From contig CM119384.1 in assembly GCA_051294905.1 (NCBI GenBank), forward strand, positions 11,718,001 through 11,782,000: a stretch of DNA of 64,000 nt, read 5' to 3'. A model generated the notes under the pieces. The model made no database searches, was not told where the DNA came from, and worked only from the letters and a program-made list of their open reading frames with translations. The position numbers and the translations under genes were made by a program. This document shows positions 11,154-23,400 of the stretch, in pieces. Within the stretch, counting starts at the first letter, position 1, and each line of letters begins with the position of its first letter. This DNA is from Botryllus schlosseri (Eukaryota).

Positions 11154-13076
11154 CAGGCGTTCCCAACCTGTGGGTCGTTGGACCCACGTGTCATACACCC
11201 TTTTCAGAGAGGTTGCAAAAAAAAATTGAAATCATGTTTCTCCCCACTATATAACAAAAATATTTTTAAAAAAATACTATTTCAGCAATAAGCTACTTTA
11301 CCTGATCTTGATCGAGTTTACTTTCTTTGTTTTACAAAACTAAGCAATTCGCACCCTAATCTTAATGAAGTTCTCGTCCATTTGCGTTGTCATTACAATT
11401 AAGATATGGTGGGTGAATGTGGGTTTTCAGCAATATTTCTTCTGTGATATTCAATATATCATGGGGCTTGCTCTTGCCACCACTAATTAACCAGTGATTA
11501 AAACATTGTCAGAGCTAAAGCAAGCTCAACCATCACACTAATTGAATATTTATTGGATTCATGTACTATCATTTTATTGTGTGTTGTATTTATATCATTC
11601 TAACACTCTACTCTATAAACCATTGTTATATAAACCTTTGTTATTTAAAATAAATTGTTTTAATTTTATAAAAAGGGTTAAAAACGGGGACGTTGGCTTT
11701 TCAGAATTTTTAAAGGGGGTCAGGATAGAAAAAAAGGTTGTATTTGCTGCCATTTTCGAGATTATATTATCCATATGACATCCTATACGATAGAGAGTAC
11801 AGTGTGCCTAATTCCCCATAAACGGATACGTAGCCCTGCTACATAGTCATATTTCTGATGATATAATGTACAACACGACTCAAATTCATATATGTAAGCC
11901 TGCGAAAGATCATTTGATTACACGGATACAAATCGGCTATTGATTATATGATATGATTCCGAGTCGCAAGAGTCGATTTATTCTGAAATACCGACTACCA
12001 CAATTCGTCGCCCGGCCCATGCCACTGTACGCATAGAAAGATACCGCTTCTCTGATGAATTTACAATATGGAAGCCACGAAACCTCGGAAGCTCGTATTA
12101 CAGCATCGACAATATGAAGTAAAATTCCCGGCATGTTCAAATTTCCATCCCTAGGTGTCGACAGGAAGCAGTCTCACAAAAAGAACACCACAGTTGTGAT
12201 TGATAAATACATGGCTCATGTTAACTGGAGACAAGTCACCAGCATATGTATATTTTACAATGAATGTTGTTGCAGTAGGCTACTCCACTCGGAATCGCAT
12301 CAGTATGGTATTTGATTTCACAACCTTTGGTCATTACCGGGATATGGCGAATTCGGCTATACATAACAACGCAAATAAAACGCGTGACTTGGGCCTACAT
12401 ACAAAAGGAAATAGGTAACATCACATCCGTCGTGTATAGGGGGTTTCCATGTAGTCAATGCAAAATAAATATGTAATCTTATGATGTTCAAACTGTTCAA
12501 GATTTCGTTGAAACTTGAAAGAAAAATAAGCTCTCGTGCAACACAATGGAATAGGCCTATTAAGCAAAACTTGACGGAATCTGGCTAGTCATTGGAAACG
12601 CGTGACTTAAGCCTATACTTACGAAAGGAAATAGGTATCATCACATCCGACATGTATAGGGGATTTCCTTGCAGTCAATGCAATATAAATATGTGATCTC
12701 CTGATGTTCAAACTGTTCTCCCCACTATATAGCAAAAATATTAAAAAAAAACTCTTTCAGCAATAAGCTACTTTACCTGATCTTGAGTTTACTTTCTTTG
12801 TTTTACAAAACTAAGCAATTCGCACCCTAATATTAATGAAAGTTTTCGTCCATTTCTGTTGTCATTACAATTAAGATATGGTCGTGATCGAATGAAAAAC
12901 GAGCTCTCGAGCAACACAATGGAATATCAAGCAAAAGCTGACAGAATGTGGCTAGTCATTGGCAACAGCTCAGAACACTGTAACCAGAACCGGATCCATA
13001 AATATGGGGGAGGGGGCGAAAATTTGTGTCGAGATGGATAAGGGGGCGATGAGTCGAAAAAGGTTGGGAGCCTCTG
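11154..13076. repeat. Rearranged cluster of hAT-type MITE pieces with interleaved local duplications
   Basis: Left end caggcgttcccaacct (11154), right end aggttgggagcctctg (13076), no matching TSD. Duplicated blocks 11239-11410 vs 12717-12882, ~12378-12500 vs ~12596-12718, ~12529-12596 vs ~12900-12962. Confidence 0.65.
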
Positions 13077-14228
13077 TTCTAAATGAATACTAGTCACTCT
13101 TTGGGATTACGGGACCACGGCCTAACATATCGATCTCGCATTCCGCCACATGCCATCTCATTTTTTCGCTTGCCTTTTATATTCTTTGCTTTACTTTTCA
13201 TTCAGCGTGCATGCCTCTTCTCGACTTCACCTCTAGGCCACGGCGAGTGTCTGATTTCAGTTCAGTTCAGTTCGATTTATTAACAATTTTTATCAGTTCA
13301 ATAAACCACAAAAACTACGATACAATGAAAAGATAGGAAGGTGTCGAAACGACTTGGAGTAGTCTTTGAAATCAGACACCCGCATCGGCCTACGCGATCG
13401 TAAAGAGGAGGCATGCACACTCAATGAAAAGTAAAAGAAGGTATATAGTAAAGAAAAGCAAGCGACAAAAATGGGGTTTGAAGTTTGGTTTATCACCCTA
13501 TGGGGGCCCAAGCCTAACTTTTGAAGAAGACCTGACAAAGTACTGTTGGCCTATATTGGTGTTACAATAGTTCCGCGAAGTAAATTCCGGACGCTCTTTA
13601 GCTCCGACTAGCGGATTTAAAATTGAGGTATAACAATCATTCTGTCAATAAAACGTTAAACTAGCAAAGCATTGCCCATCGACTGTATACAGGAATCGAG
13701 TGGAACAAAGGTCATGAATTTTGCCATCTGTAATGTGAGCTCTGGTGATTGCTACTTGCTAGGGTCTGCAATGGATTTATTCACGGACCGGATGAAATCG
13801 TCTGGCGGGCCGTGTCAGGCCTGCTGTCGGGATTCTGTTTGACAGCCCTGATATACTGTAAGGTCGGTGCGGCTATCTGGTCGTGTGTTTTAACCAGGTC
13901 CGAAACAACATTTTCAGCCGCCTTCCGTCCCCAAAAGCACTGATCTTGGGCCCACCATAGGGTAATCGATGTAACTTCTTGGGCATTACCTGTATGCATA
14001 TTGTTGTCAAATTTTATGAATGAATTCTGTCAATTTATTTTTCCATAATATAGGCTACTATCAGTGGTGGCTTTTGGGGTGGGCGAGGTGGGCGGTCGCC
14101 CGGGGCCCCCCTGATCGAAGCCCCCCCCCCCCCCCCCCCTATTTGGATTTTGCGCTTTTTTCAAGGAGAATGACGAAGAAAATAAACATGGAAATCCGTG
14201 CACCAAGCAAGAATATGATTCCGTACAA

Positions 14229-14813
14229 CAGGGTTGTAACAAAGTAACAAAGCTCCGAGTCACAAGTCAATCTCACTTTTATATTTTTGACTCGAGTCAA
14301 GTCGAGTCATTTTCAATTCCCGCCGAGTCAAGTCCGAGTCCAAGTCAGCGAACAGAGGATCGAGTCTGAGTCATGGTATTATGACTCGAGTCCGAGTCCA
14401 CGTCATTGTGTTGACTGCTCAGTTTCCCAGTTGAAGTCATCCTAAACCCACTTTTTATAACTCTGTATGGTGATATTGAATGGTTCGCATTTATAATATA
14501 GCAATTTTCCTCACTTTTAGCATGCAGTTTCTGGTACCATTTTCAAGCACCAGTACCAACAAACGAAATCGCAATAGTGCGTTGGCTTCGAAATTACAAT
14601 GAAATGTCGGTCTTGGCCGTCTGAATCTCGAGTCAATGACTTGCTTCGAGTCATGCGCAATGACTCGAGTCCAAGTCGAGTCAATACACGGATTGACTCG
14701 AGTCGAGTCGAGTCATTTCCATATTTTAAGAAAATGACTCGAGTCGAGTCATCCGAAAATCGTGACTCGAGTCGGACTCGAGTCGAGTCATGACTCGAGT
14801 CATTACAACCCTG
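14229..14813. mobile_element. hAT-type MITE with arrays of palindromic GACTCGAGTC
   Basis: TIRs cagggttgtaa / ttacaaccctg, TSD CCGTACAA/CCGTACAG (7/8), dense gactcgagtc/cgagtc arrays at ~14290-14400 and ~14615-14800. Confidence 0.9.
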
Positions 14814-15009
14814 CCGTACAGATGTGTCAATCATCATCAAATCACTGCATTTGTTAGAGAAGTCCCGTATCCCGATAATCATCACGTCTCTGCATGCGAT
14901 AGAATTACATAGTTTTGATGTAGTCTATCCTTGCACACATGTAAAATAGACATGGCCGTTCGTAGGGCCACCACTGGCTACTATAAAATGGACCAGCAGG
15001 TTGCACATC

Positions 15010-15205
15010 CAGTGATTTCCAATCTTTTGTAGTCGCGACCTCATTTCGAACTTGGAAATGTTCCGTGGCCCAACTCAAAACTTCATAAACTCATTATTAA
15101 AGCATTTCAGCTTGCCGAAACTTACTCACGGTATATTTTGGAAGCTGATTACGCCCAACATCTTCGCGATCCCAAGGCAAACGACCCCAAGATTTGGAAC
15201 CACTG
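15010..15205. mobile_element. Short hAT-type MITE
   Basis: Imperfect TIRs cagtgatttccaatct / agatttggaaccactg; no TSD recognisable. Confidence 0.5.
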
Positions 15206-16128
15206 GCTGTGACTGAAGCATCCAATCGGCCTTAGCCAACTCTAAGAATATACTGTTAGCTTATAATTGCGATTACAATTAGACTTATTTCAGTAAATTA
15301 TGGTTATGCATTTTGTGGTGTATTGAACTGATGATGCTGATAAACCAATGATGATGATGATGATTATGGCTCAATTCCTCCAGAACATTTTGCAGTCACC
15401 TCGGCTATGGTTGAGTAATTCTAACCGGTTACAACGACGTCATGATTTGTTTTTAGGCAGGGATAATTTGAGACAGCGTTCTTGTCACTTGGCTTTATTC
15501 CAAGGTCGTTCCTTAGTGGAAGATAACAAGGTGATGCCCTAGTTGAAGCAGTTGTAAGTTTTGCCGTAATCATCGATTGTCGTTGGCGTAATCGGCGTAC
15601 GGTTGTGTTAGATGAGATGACTATCGTTTGTAATACCGCACGAACCAAGTCATGGACCATGGTTGAGGTTGAGTCATCAGTCAGACTCGTATAATCAGTA
15701 CGGTAACGCTAATTCTGTCTCTCAACTGAATGCCCGCACCGGCAATAACTGTTACCCGTTACAAGACGCCCTTTATATGCACAAGTCTACGGTTTTATCA
15801 GATTGATGGTCAGTCGGTCACTGTAATTGGCATATTTCATGCTAATTATTGCATGTATCACACCCACACACATCACAGTGAAATTTAAATATGATTGGTA
15901 GCCGATAACGAGAGGAATCCGGACTGAACATACATAATTTCGTCATCCATTCGCCAAGATGCACAACATCCGTTGACGTTGTGTGTTTCAGCGTGTTTTT
16001 GAAAAATAAAATGATGTCCAATATTGTGACAGTAGCAAAGGCGCCCAACTGCTGTGAATGGGACGTTGGGGCCCAAGTTTAATTTTTGTAATGACTTTCT
16101 AAAGCTGCAGTAATTTTGTATTAATCAG

Positions 16129-16218
16129 GATGAAAGCAGTTGAAAAGATATCCAGTATATAACTTCTGGTTCTTGATGAAAGCAGTTGAACAAATATCCA
16201 TTACCACTTCTGGTTCTT
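16129..16218 (+). repeat. 46-bp tandem duplication upstream of ODF2
   Basis: gatgaaagcagttgaa..atatcca...acttctggttctt at 16129 and 16175. Confidence 0.8.
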
Positions 16219-16395
16219 CAAGACACAGGTTAAACCTTTCCATTGGTTCTGCAGTTATTTTGTTAGCAGCTGTGCCTAATACCGTTGTCGTTTCCGGGAT
16301 TCTGTTAGATTCACCCAATCTTGAATAATATTTTTAAATAGCTGCTACAGACACCTCGCCGAAGTTCTGGCTCGTCAGACCGTGTCTCTTCTATA

Positions 16396-18933
16396 ATGGA
16401 AGCTTCTCCAATACATGTCCACGTCCAGGACAACACTCCCGTTCACGTACACGTCAAAAAACCCAAGTCTGCAGTCGTGGGGAAGATCGACGAAAAACCA
16501 ACTCGAGAATTCCCAGGATCACGCAAATACACAAAACCCAGCAGATCACGAAGCAAAATAATCAACGGTCCATGGATACCTGCTCCCGGGAAAACATCCT
16601 TGAGGGACCGCACGAATCAGGGTTTCAAATGGGACAGCGGCGTCAGCCAGCTGGAGGTGAACGCCCCACAGTTTCCCCGCGGAGGAGAGGCCTCGATGAA
16701 AATGGCCGATTTGATAGACGAGGAAGAAGACGCGGCCAGATCGCACATTCAGAATTACGAAAAAAAAATCGAGGAGTTGATGAAGGAAGTCGGTACGCTG
16801 CAGAATGAGGTCGAGCTGAAAAAGACGGAATGCGAGCTCGAGGATCGGAAGCTGGAGCTTCAAGTTTCGAAGGAGGCGCTGGAGAAGCAACATGAAAAAA
16901 TGAGATCCGTCACCGAGGTGTACGAGAGAACCGAAAAGGAGAACACGAGACTGAGAGAAAGCGTGGATCGTATCAAAGAAGACCTCAGCGTAAACTTATC
17001 TCCCGGACGCGGCTGTACCGGCGATGTCCTGTTGAGAAAGCTTGTTGACGTAGAGCTGCACGGTGCCGCTTGCGAAAAACAAGTGTCCGCGTTACGTAGC
17101 GTGATAGATCGCTTGCGACGTTACAATGTCAGCAGGGTGCCGTCTGCCGATCTCCTATCCATGACCAAAGATTGCGATACGTTACTCGATCAAATACGAG
17201 AGTTTGAAGAAGGCAATCGATCTTTGCGGCAGTCTCTGCAATCTCAACATGAGGTTGTGACCGATTTGAAGATTCTACAAGAGCAGAGGGATACGTTGCT
17301 CAAAAAAGTGGGAGACACCGACGCAGAAGTTGGCCGGCTGCGGTCGGAGGCGGGCATGCTGAGAACCGAAGTGGACCAGCTCATTGTGCGTCTCGACGAG
17401 GAAAAAAAGCACGCCGTCATGTTGACAGAGTTGAACAAGTCTATCGACGCTACACGAGCTCACTTGCAGAAAGAACTGCGCGTGAAAGACATGGAAAACG
17501 ATCGGTTGCGGGTTCAAATGAAGAATCTGGAGAGAGACACGGCCGTCACGGTGAAAGAAGCGGAAGAGATGATGGGGACTGCGAAAATCGTTCAAGAAAC
17601 GATCGGTACGGAGAAGGAAGCGTTGAAAAAGGCAACAAGAGCTCAAAAAATCCGTGCCGACCGTGCGGAACACGATCGGAGAGTGATGGAAATCAAGTTC
17701 AACGAACTGGAGAGAGATTTAAGCAGAGCAAAGGAGGATTGCGAAGCGTGGAAGGCGCGATATCACCGAGCTCTCGACGACAGGTCGAGGTCCGAGGGTC
17801 AGACCAAGTCTCTGGGCGATAAGGTGGACGAGATGGAAGCCTTGATGCGTAGGAACGACCGGAAAGCGCAAGAGAGAGAACGCGAACTGACCGAAAAGCT
17901 TCACGAGCTGACATCGGAAAGCTCGACGTATCAGTTGGACTGCGACAAGACGAAAAGCGAACTCCGCGTGGTGTCGGAAAAGTTGAAATCGGCGCTGGAG
18001 GACGCGGCGTCGCAGCGCGCTGCTTTGAAACAGTTTGAAACTCTGAATTCCGAGCTACGCGCCGACCTCGCGAAGAGCAAAAACGAAGCGGAAGAAGCTT
18101 TGCTGAGCGCAGAACGTGCGGAGCGCGAGGCGCGCAGAATGCAGAAGCAAGGCTCGGACGAGATCGAGAAGATGCGCGATCAGATGCTGGAGCGCATGAA
18201 AGAGCTGGAAGCTCTTCCGGAACTGCTAAAGGAGGCAGAGATCAAGTTGAAAGACACGCAGGATCAGTTGTACATCCACGAAAAACGGTCTTCGGAGCAG
18301 ACCAAAATCATTTCGGAGCTGTCAAGCCGAGATGAAGTGTTAAACGGTGACGTGGGTACCTTACGACAGAAATTGGTAACGCTCTCTGACGAAAACCGTG
18401 CCTTAGAGGCTAGACTCGATATCATGCACACTAAGTTGGACGACAGAGATTGTGTCTTACGCGAGAGCGCGGTAGAGCGTGCTGACCGCGATGAAGACAT
18501 CCAAACGTTGCAGTTGAAATTGGAAGAGAAATCGCACCTTTGCAACAGCCTGCAACGGCAACTAGACGCGGCAGTCGCGGACGGCCGCAAGGCCGCGGAA
18601 ATGGAGAGAGACAAGTTGGCGGCGAGAGAGCGCGCCGTCCAGAATCGCATCAATGACATGGAGGTGCAGATAACGAGAGTGAAAGCGGACGCGGTCGGCG
18701 TCGAGAGGGCGAAACTTGATTCGGAACGGAAGTACCGTAGTCAGATACAGGATCTTCAAGACAGGCTGGAGCAGTCGGAGTCGACCAACAGGTCGATGCG
18801 GAATTACGTGAACTTCCTGAAAAGCTCGTACAACACAGTGTTCGGTCAGGAAGCCAATCTGACGTCGAGCCCTATCCGCGGCGGGTCGTTGCAATTTAGT
18901 TCGCCGCCGGATAAAGGTTCCGGGAAATACTGA
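16396..18933 (+). CDS. ODF2: Outer dense fiber protein 2 / cenexin, single-exon 845-aa coiled-coil protein
   Basis: Uninterrupted ORF. N-terminal PIHVHVQDNTPVHVHVKK, PWIPAPGK and YEKKIEELMKEVGTLQNEV, and C-terminal NRSMRNYVNFLKSSYNTVFG, match recalled vertebrate ODF2 motifs (PLHVHVDENTPVHVHIKK, PWMPPGK, YDKKIDSLMNAVGCLKSEV, NRSMQNYVQFLKSSY). The body is E/K/R/L-rich heptad sequence. Confidence 0.9.
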   Translation: MEASPIHVHVQDNTPVHVHVKKPKSAVVGKIDEKPTREFPGSRKYTKPSRSRSKIINGPWIPAPGKTSLRDRTNQGFKWDSGVSQLEVNAPQFPRGGEASMKMADLIDEEEDAARSHIQNYEKKIEELMKEVGTLQNEVELKKTECELEDRKLELQVSKEALEKQHEKMRSVTEVYERTEKENTRLRESVDRIKEDLSVNLSPGRGCTGDVLLRKLVDVELHGAACEKQVSALRSVIDRLRRYNVSRVPSADLLSMTKDCDTLLDQIREFEEGNRSLRQSLQSQHEVVTDLKILQEQRDTLLKKVGDTDAEVGRLRSEAGMLRTEVDQLIVRLDEEKKHAVMLTELNKSIDATRAHLQKELRVKDMENDRLRVQMKNLERDTAVTVKEAEEMMGTAKIVQETIGTEKEALKKATRAQKIRADRAEHDRRVMEIKFNELERDLSRAKEDCEAWKARYHRALDDRSRSEGQTKSLGDKVDEMEALMRRNDRKAQERERELTEKLHELTSESSTYQLDCDKTKSELRVVSEKLKSALEDAASQRAALKQFETLNSELRADLAKSKNEAEEALLSAERAEREARRMQKQGSDEIEKMRDQMLERMKELEALPELLKEAEIKLKDTQDQLYIHEKRSSEQTKIISELSSRDEVLNGDVGTLRQKLVTLSDENRALEARLDIMHTKLDDRDCVLRESAVERADRDEDIQTLQLKLEEKSHLCNSLQRQLDAAVADGRKAAEMERDKLAARERAVQNRINDMEVQITRVKADAVGVERAKLDSERKYRSQIQDLQDRLEQSESTNRSMRNYVNFLKSSYNTVFGQEANLTSSPIRGGSLQFSSPPDKGSGKY

Positions 18934-19977
18934 GAGCTGGGTGTTGAAATCTTTGATACAAGAAATTGAGACTGCAGAAGTCTGATGATGATTTTATGTA
19001 ATAATTAATTCTACTCCAATCCCGGTTGGCCTATGCATATCCGTTAGTTTTTGTGTATCCACTGTAAGCTCACAATCTTCGCCCTTTTTACACGTTTTCA
19101 TTTCGTCGAGCAAATTCAAAAAGTACATGACACTATTTGTGTGTCTTTTTATCGTCCAAATCCTATTCAAAATTTTTCATACTATATCGCCGCTCCATTG
19201 CAAAATATCCTCATATTAGCTGATGCTATGAGGCTGTGATGGCATGATAATATACCGTATAGTACTGTAGATGAGGAACATACTAACTATTTCGTGATGA
19301 TGAAATAGTTGAAGATAAAAAGTGATATATGAGCTGCGCTCCTGTAACTTCAAAATAATAATCCCTTATTAAGAAGCATTCTAATTCATGGAAATTCTCT
19401 CGAGAGTTGGGAATTTTCTGCAGTAGGCCTTGAACACATAATCATAGGAGCATCAGTTTTATATCTGCTACAAGACAAGCTTTCCTGTATTATGAGCAAC
19501 AACCATATAACACACAACGACTATGTTTTATAAGAGCATTACTAGTAGAGTAGCGCATTTTACACAATTTTGGTAACAGTCATTTTCGTAGCGTATTTGG
19601 TGCCTGAAAGAAGTATTTTGGTAGCACCATAAATCGTGAACGTTCCAAATGCAGTATCTCGCTTTGGCAACCTTTGCAATGTATCTTGAAATCATTCTCG
19701 CTGGGACTTTTGTCAAACGTAATTCATCGAGTCATGTGTGTGAACTGTATTTTGGCAATATTTGTTGTATAGGTATGGAGAATATGGTGTATGGCTCGAT
19801 CAGAGGATATTTATGCATAGCAGATATTGTTGTGTTTTCATTGTAACACTTAGGGATATCTAGAACTGTAGATATCCCTGGTACCGGTAACACTTTTGAG
19901 TGTTCTTTGTTTTTACTTAAACTGCAAATATGTCTGTGTGTAAGAGTGGATCTCGGGACACAGTTAATCAATTTATC

Positions 19978-19983
19978 AATAAA
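19978..19983 (+). promoter_or_regulatory. Candidate polyadenylation signal for ODF2
   Basis: First AATAAA I found downstream of the ODF2 stop (~1.05 kb). No transcript support. Confidence 0.35.
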
Positions 19984-20406
19984 CATAGTTGATCGGCTTT
20001 ATACATGCTCATATGTCATTATGTTTGATCGATGCTGAAATCTGATGTAAGAATGATTGTTATAAAGTCAATACACATTTCAATGTACTTTTATGGGGCT
20101 GGTTTACATTGAACATATTGTGCTCATGCTCAGACCACTGTGCTACTGCCATATTTGGCTGTCTGGCATTTTCCAGGCGTGTGAATGTATTACTGGTGGT
20201 ATTTTGTGCATTGTAAATGAAATGCTCATGTACTTTGCAGCCAATCTAAATCAGCCCCCTTAAAGACCATGTTCTTCACAATCACTCGTGTCTTAGCGGA
20301 TTCCTATATTGTTAGCTGACATAGTTTATATGTATTTTTAGATGCTAGATTAACTCGGTTGCAGCTGGTAGATAGATTGTCCTGTATTTGAGTAGTCACG
20401 CTGGTA

Positions 20407-23400
20407 ATGGCAGCGGTTTTAAGGAAGTGTGTCTTGACCTTGCAAAGGAGTAACCATATCAAGAAAATCGCAAAAGTAAGTACCAACAAATTGAGCGTAT
20501 TCCTGAATAGGAATGTGCTCCTTGAAGATATCAACACAACTTGTGGACAAATCTTACTAACCAAGCAAATCTAAGTCGGAGAGTAAGTTCAATTTAAACT
20601 TGCTATTCCAGACTGCGGCTGCAAATGGCTTCCTCCCATCATCAGGGCAAAGACGAAATCTTTCTATCCATGAATATTGTAGTTTCAAGCTTCTAAAAGA
20701 TGCAGGAATATGTATTCCCGACGGAGGGGTTGCCAGCACTCCAGAAGAAGCGTATGACATCGCAACGAACTTACGTAAGCGACACATTTTTGTGGTCAAT
20801 GGCTGATTGACGATGTTTTACCATGGTGTTTTAATTACTACATCATAGTGCCCTTGCTAAGTTTTCATCGAACATAAGGTGATATAGGCAGATTGGTGTT
20901 ACTGCAAATAATCAGTAGCCTTTACATATTTATTATGTGTGTGACCAGTATGGGGCGGGCAAAATCGAATACTTGACTTGTTGGCTTCCCAGTTAACCAC
21001 ATTATAATCTATTGGAAATGAAAAAAATATGAGCACATTGGTTTTCCGGGTTAACAAGGCCAGCTGCTTTATCCAAAATGAGTTTGTATTTTTTTAATAT
21101 TAAGCGCCACTAAATATTAGATGGATTAATTTGTTGCCATAACACTGGAAGTCGATATAGACTGGTGTAATGCAGCAACTGTTTGCGTTGACGAGGGTTG
21201 ATGTCACCTAGATATCAGCAGAGAAAGGATATTGAGGTGTTGGACGACGTTACTTGACCATTTAATGATCTGCGGGTATTTGCGTAGAGCCATAGTTTGC
21301 GGGCTCTTAGCTCGACAAGACGTTTATTACTTAAAATTCAAGGACTTTCTTCTATTTTTGAAAACCATGTTTCGAGTTGATCTACGTGTTTTGATTTTAT
21401 TCAGTGAATCAACCAATAAAAGGAAATAAAGGTAACGGTAAAAAACTTGTGTTTCAACTGACGTCAACCTCTTTTTACTATGACTCAAGACTAGGTGATC
21501 CTTCTACACATCTACCTGACTATAGCTGCTATAGTCCAGTGTTGGGATCAAGTCACTCGTTTTTGACGTGACTCGAGTCAATTCAAGTCAAGTCACAATT
21601 CAAGTCAAATTTAATTTTCGAAGTGTTAGTGATGATTCAAAGTCATTACATTTTGCTAGCTGTGTGAAGGACAGATTAAGTGGCCATTTATCTTGAATCA
21701 TATAATGAATATAAAGTTGAATATACATACAAAAAAGGTTTGCATCGCTCGCGCACACCTAGAACTGCTACTAAAATACACGAGTAACTGTATAGCTCAG
21801 GGGTGGGCAAACTTTTGAGCTCGCGGGCCGCATTCAACATCTGAATCCATTTGCGGGCCGCACTATACAAAATTGATATTATAAACCAAAACGCAATATT
21901 GCATGCTGTTTGATTATAGTGAAGACATGGAGATATTATATATGCCTATTTAAAACAAACCAAAGATTGCTTTGATGATATCGTACATACGTCAGAAACA
22001 GTGGCGGGATTCCATAGGCTGGTCGACCTCAATAACCAATTTATCAAAACTATAGAGATGTGAGTATAGGTTATCCCGAATCTTAGAACAAGATTGAAAT
22101 TTAAATCTGTGAAGAGCGATCTGTTCATAGATATACTAATTCCGCTTTTTGTTCAGTTCCAGAACACACAATGCTGACAGCATCATAACCATGTTAGCTT
22201 CAAACACGCTTCTACTATATGTGTAGATAAAATATAAATAGGCCTACCCTAATTCTACGCACACAGAGAACGAATCTGCCTAATTAAGACACGTGCGAAT
22301 CGTATTTTATAAGCTCATCACTGAAATAATTAAAACTGGAGTGGCCAATCTGAAATCACACTCGTGTCGTGATCCGAATTATGTCTATGTCGTTTAGGAT
22401 TTCTGTGATGTTTAGCAGTTGAAACCCTTCAAACTGCGTGGGCCTTGACATCGGGCTGTCGCGCCAGAAATTAAACATAATAAATGATATAGTAAGTTAA
22501 TATAGAACAGTGGTTCTTTTTAAGACACGCCCCCCTTATGATGGTGAAAGATTTCGCGCCCCACTTATCGTCATATCACAAAACGCTACCAGGATGCTAG
22601 CAAACATAGCGGATAGTTTGATGTCATGGAAGGTTACGACAGGATGAGAGATTTTTAAATATGAAATTCGGACTAAAAACAGAGCAAATATTATGAATTG
22701 AATGTAAATCGCGCGAAGCTCGTTTAGGATTTCTGTGATTTTTAGCAGTTGAAACCTTTCAAACTGCGTGAGCTTTAATGTCGGACTGTCGCATCAGACA
22801 TTAAACATAAAAAATAATATAGGAAGTATTTACCTTGGCACAGTGGTTCTCAAACTTTGCAAGACATGCCCCCTTATGATGGTGAAAGATATCGCGACCC
22901 CCTATCGTCATATCACAAAACGCAACCATGATGCTAGCATACCTAGCAGGTAGTTTGATGACATGGAAGACCACGACTGTGGATGAGAGATTTTTAAATA
23001 TTCAATTCAGACTAAATAAAGAGCAACAAATGTGAATCGGGTGTAAATCGCGCGGAGCGCGCAAAATTTTTTCAGTTGATCTTAGTTTCCCGCCCTTCTT
23101 CAGATGCTTTCAGGCCCGCAAGGGGCCGCGCCCCCTAGTTTGAGAACCTCTTCCTTAAAAATATCATGGTGAAATATGTTAAAAAATTTAATCAAGTCCC
23201 TGCAATTCGATTTTTATTAAGCATTTATCAATAGGCTATTCTTATTAGGTTTCTTTTGACTCTCGCGGGCCGCACAGAACGGCGTTGCGGGCCGCATGCG
23301 GCCCGCGGGCCGTAGTTTGCCCACCCCTGGTATAGCTACATGCTACAGTCTGTTATTATCAGCCAAAATAGAGGATTGAATATGAAGCTTCGAGAATTTG

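Larger units (their letters stand above)
21798..23329. mobile_element. Buster/SPIN-like non-autonomous hAT nested within 21537-23915
   Basis: TIRs caggggtgggcaaact / agtttgcccacccctg, perfect TSD GTATAGCT, GCGGGCCGC subterminal repeats. Confidence 0.9.

Noticed and set aside
14229-14813. CRISPR-like or prokaryotic repeat array
   Set aside because: No constant repeat-spacer period and no cas genes; the context is eukaryotic and the arrays lie inside TIR/TSD-bounded elements.
14517-14885. 122-aa and 64-aa ORFs rich in DSTRV/SSRV
   Set aside because: Translations of the GACTCGAGTC arrays.
15348-16318. Cluster of short ORFs upstream of ODF2 (possible divergent gene or LINE relic)
   Set aside because: No splice support; only vague LINE-like fragments (PW..., KMFW) broken by stops.
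16546-18894. Long antisense and alternate-frame ORFs (up to 132 aa) within ODF2
   Set aside because: Expected shadows of a GC-rich coding sequence.
20511-20582. Possible micro-exon flanked by 35-nt and 29-nt introns inside SUCLA2 intron 1
   Set aside because: In-frame TGA and implausibly short introns; direct exon 1-exon 2 splicing gives a normal transit peptide.
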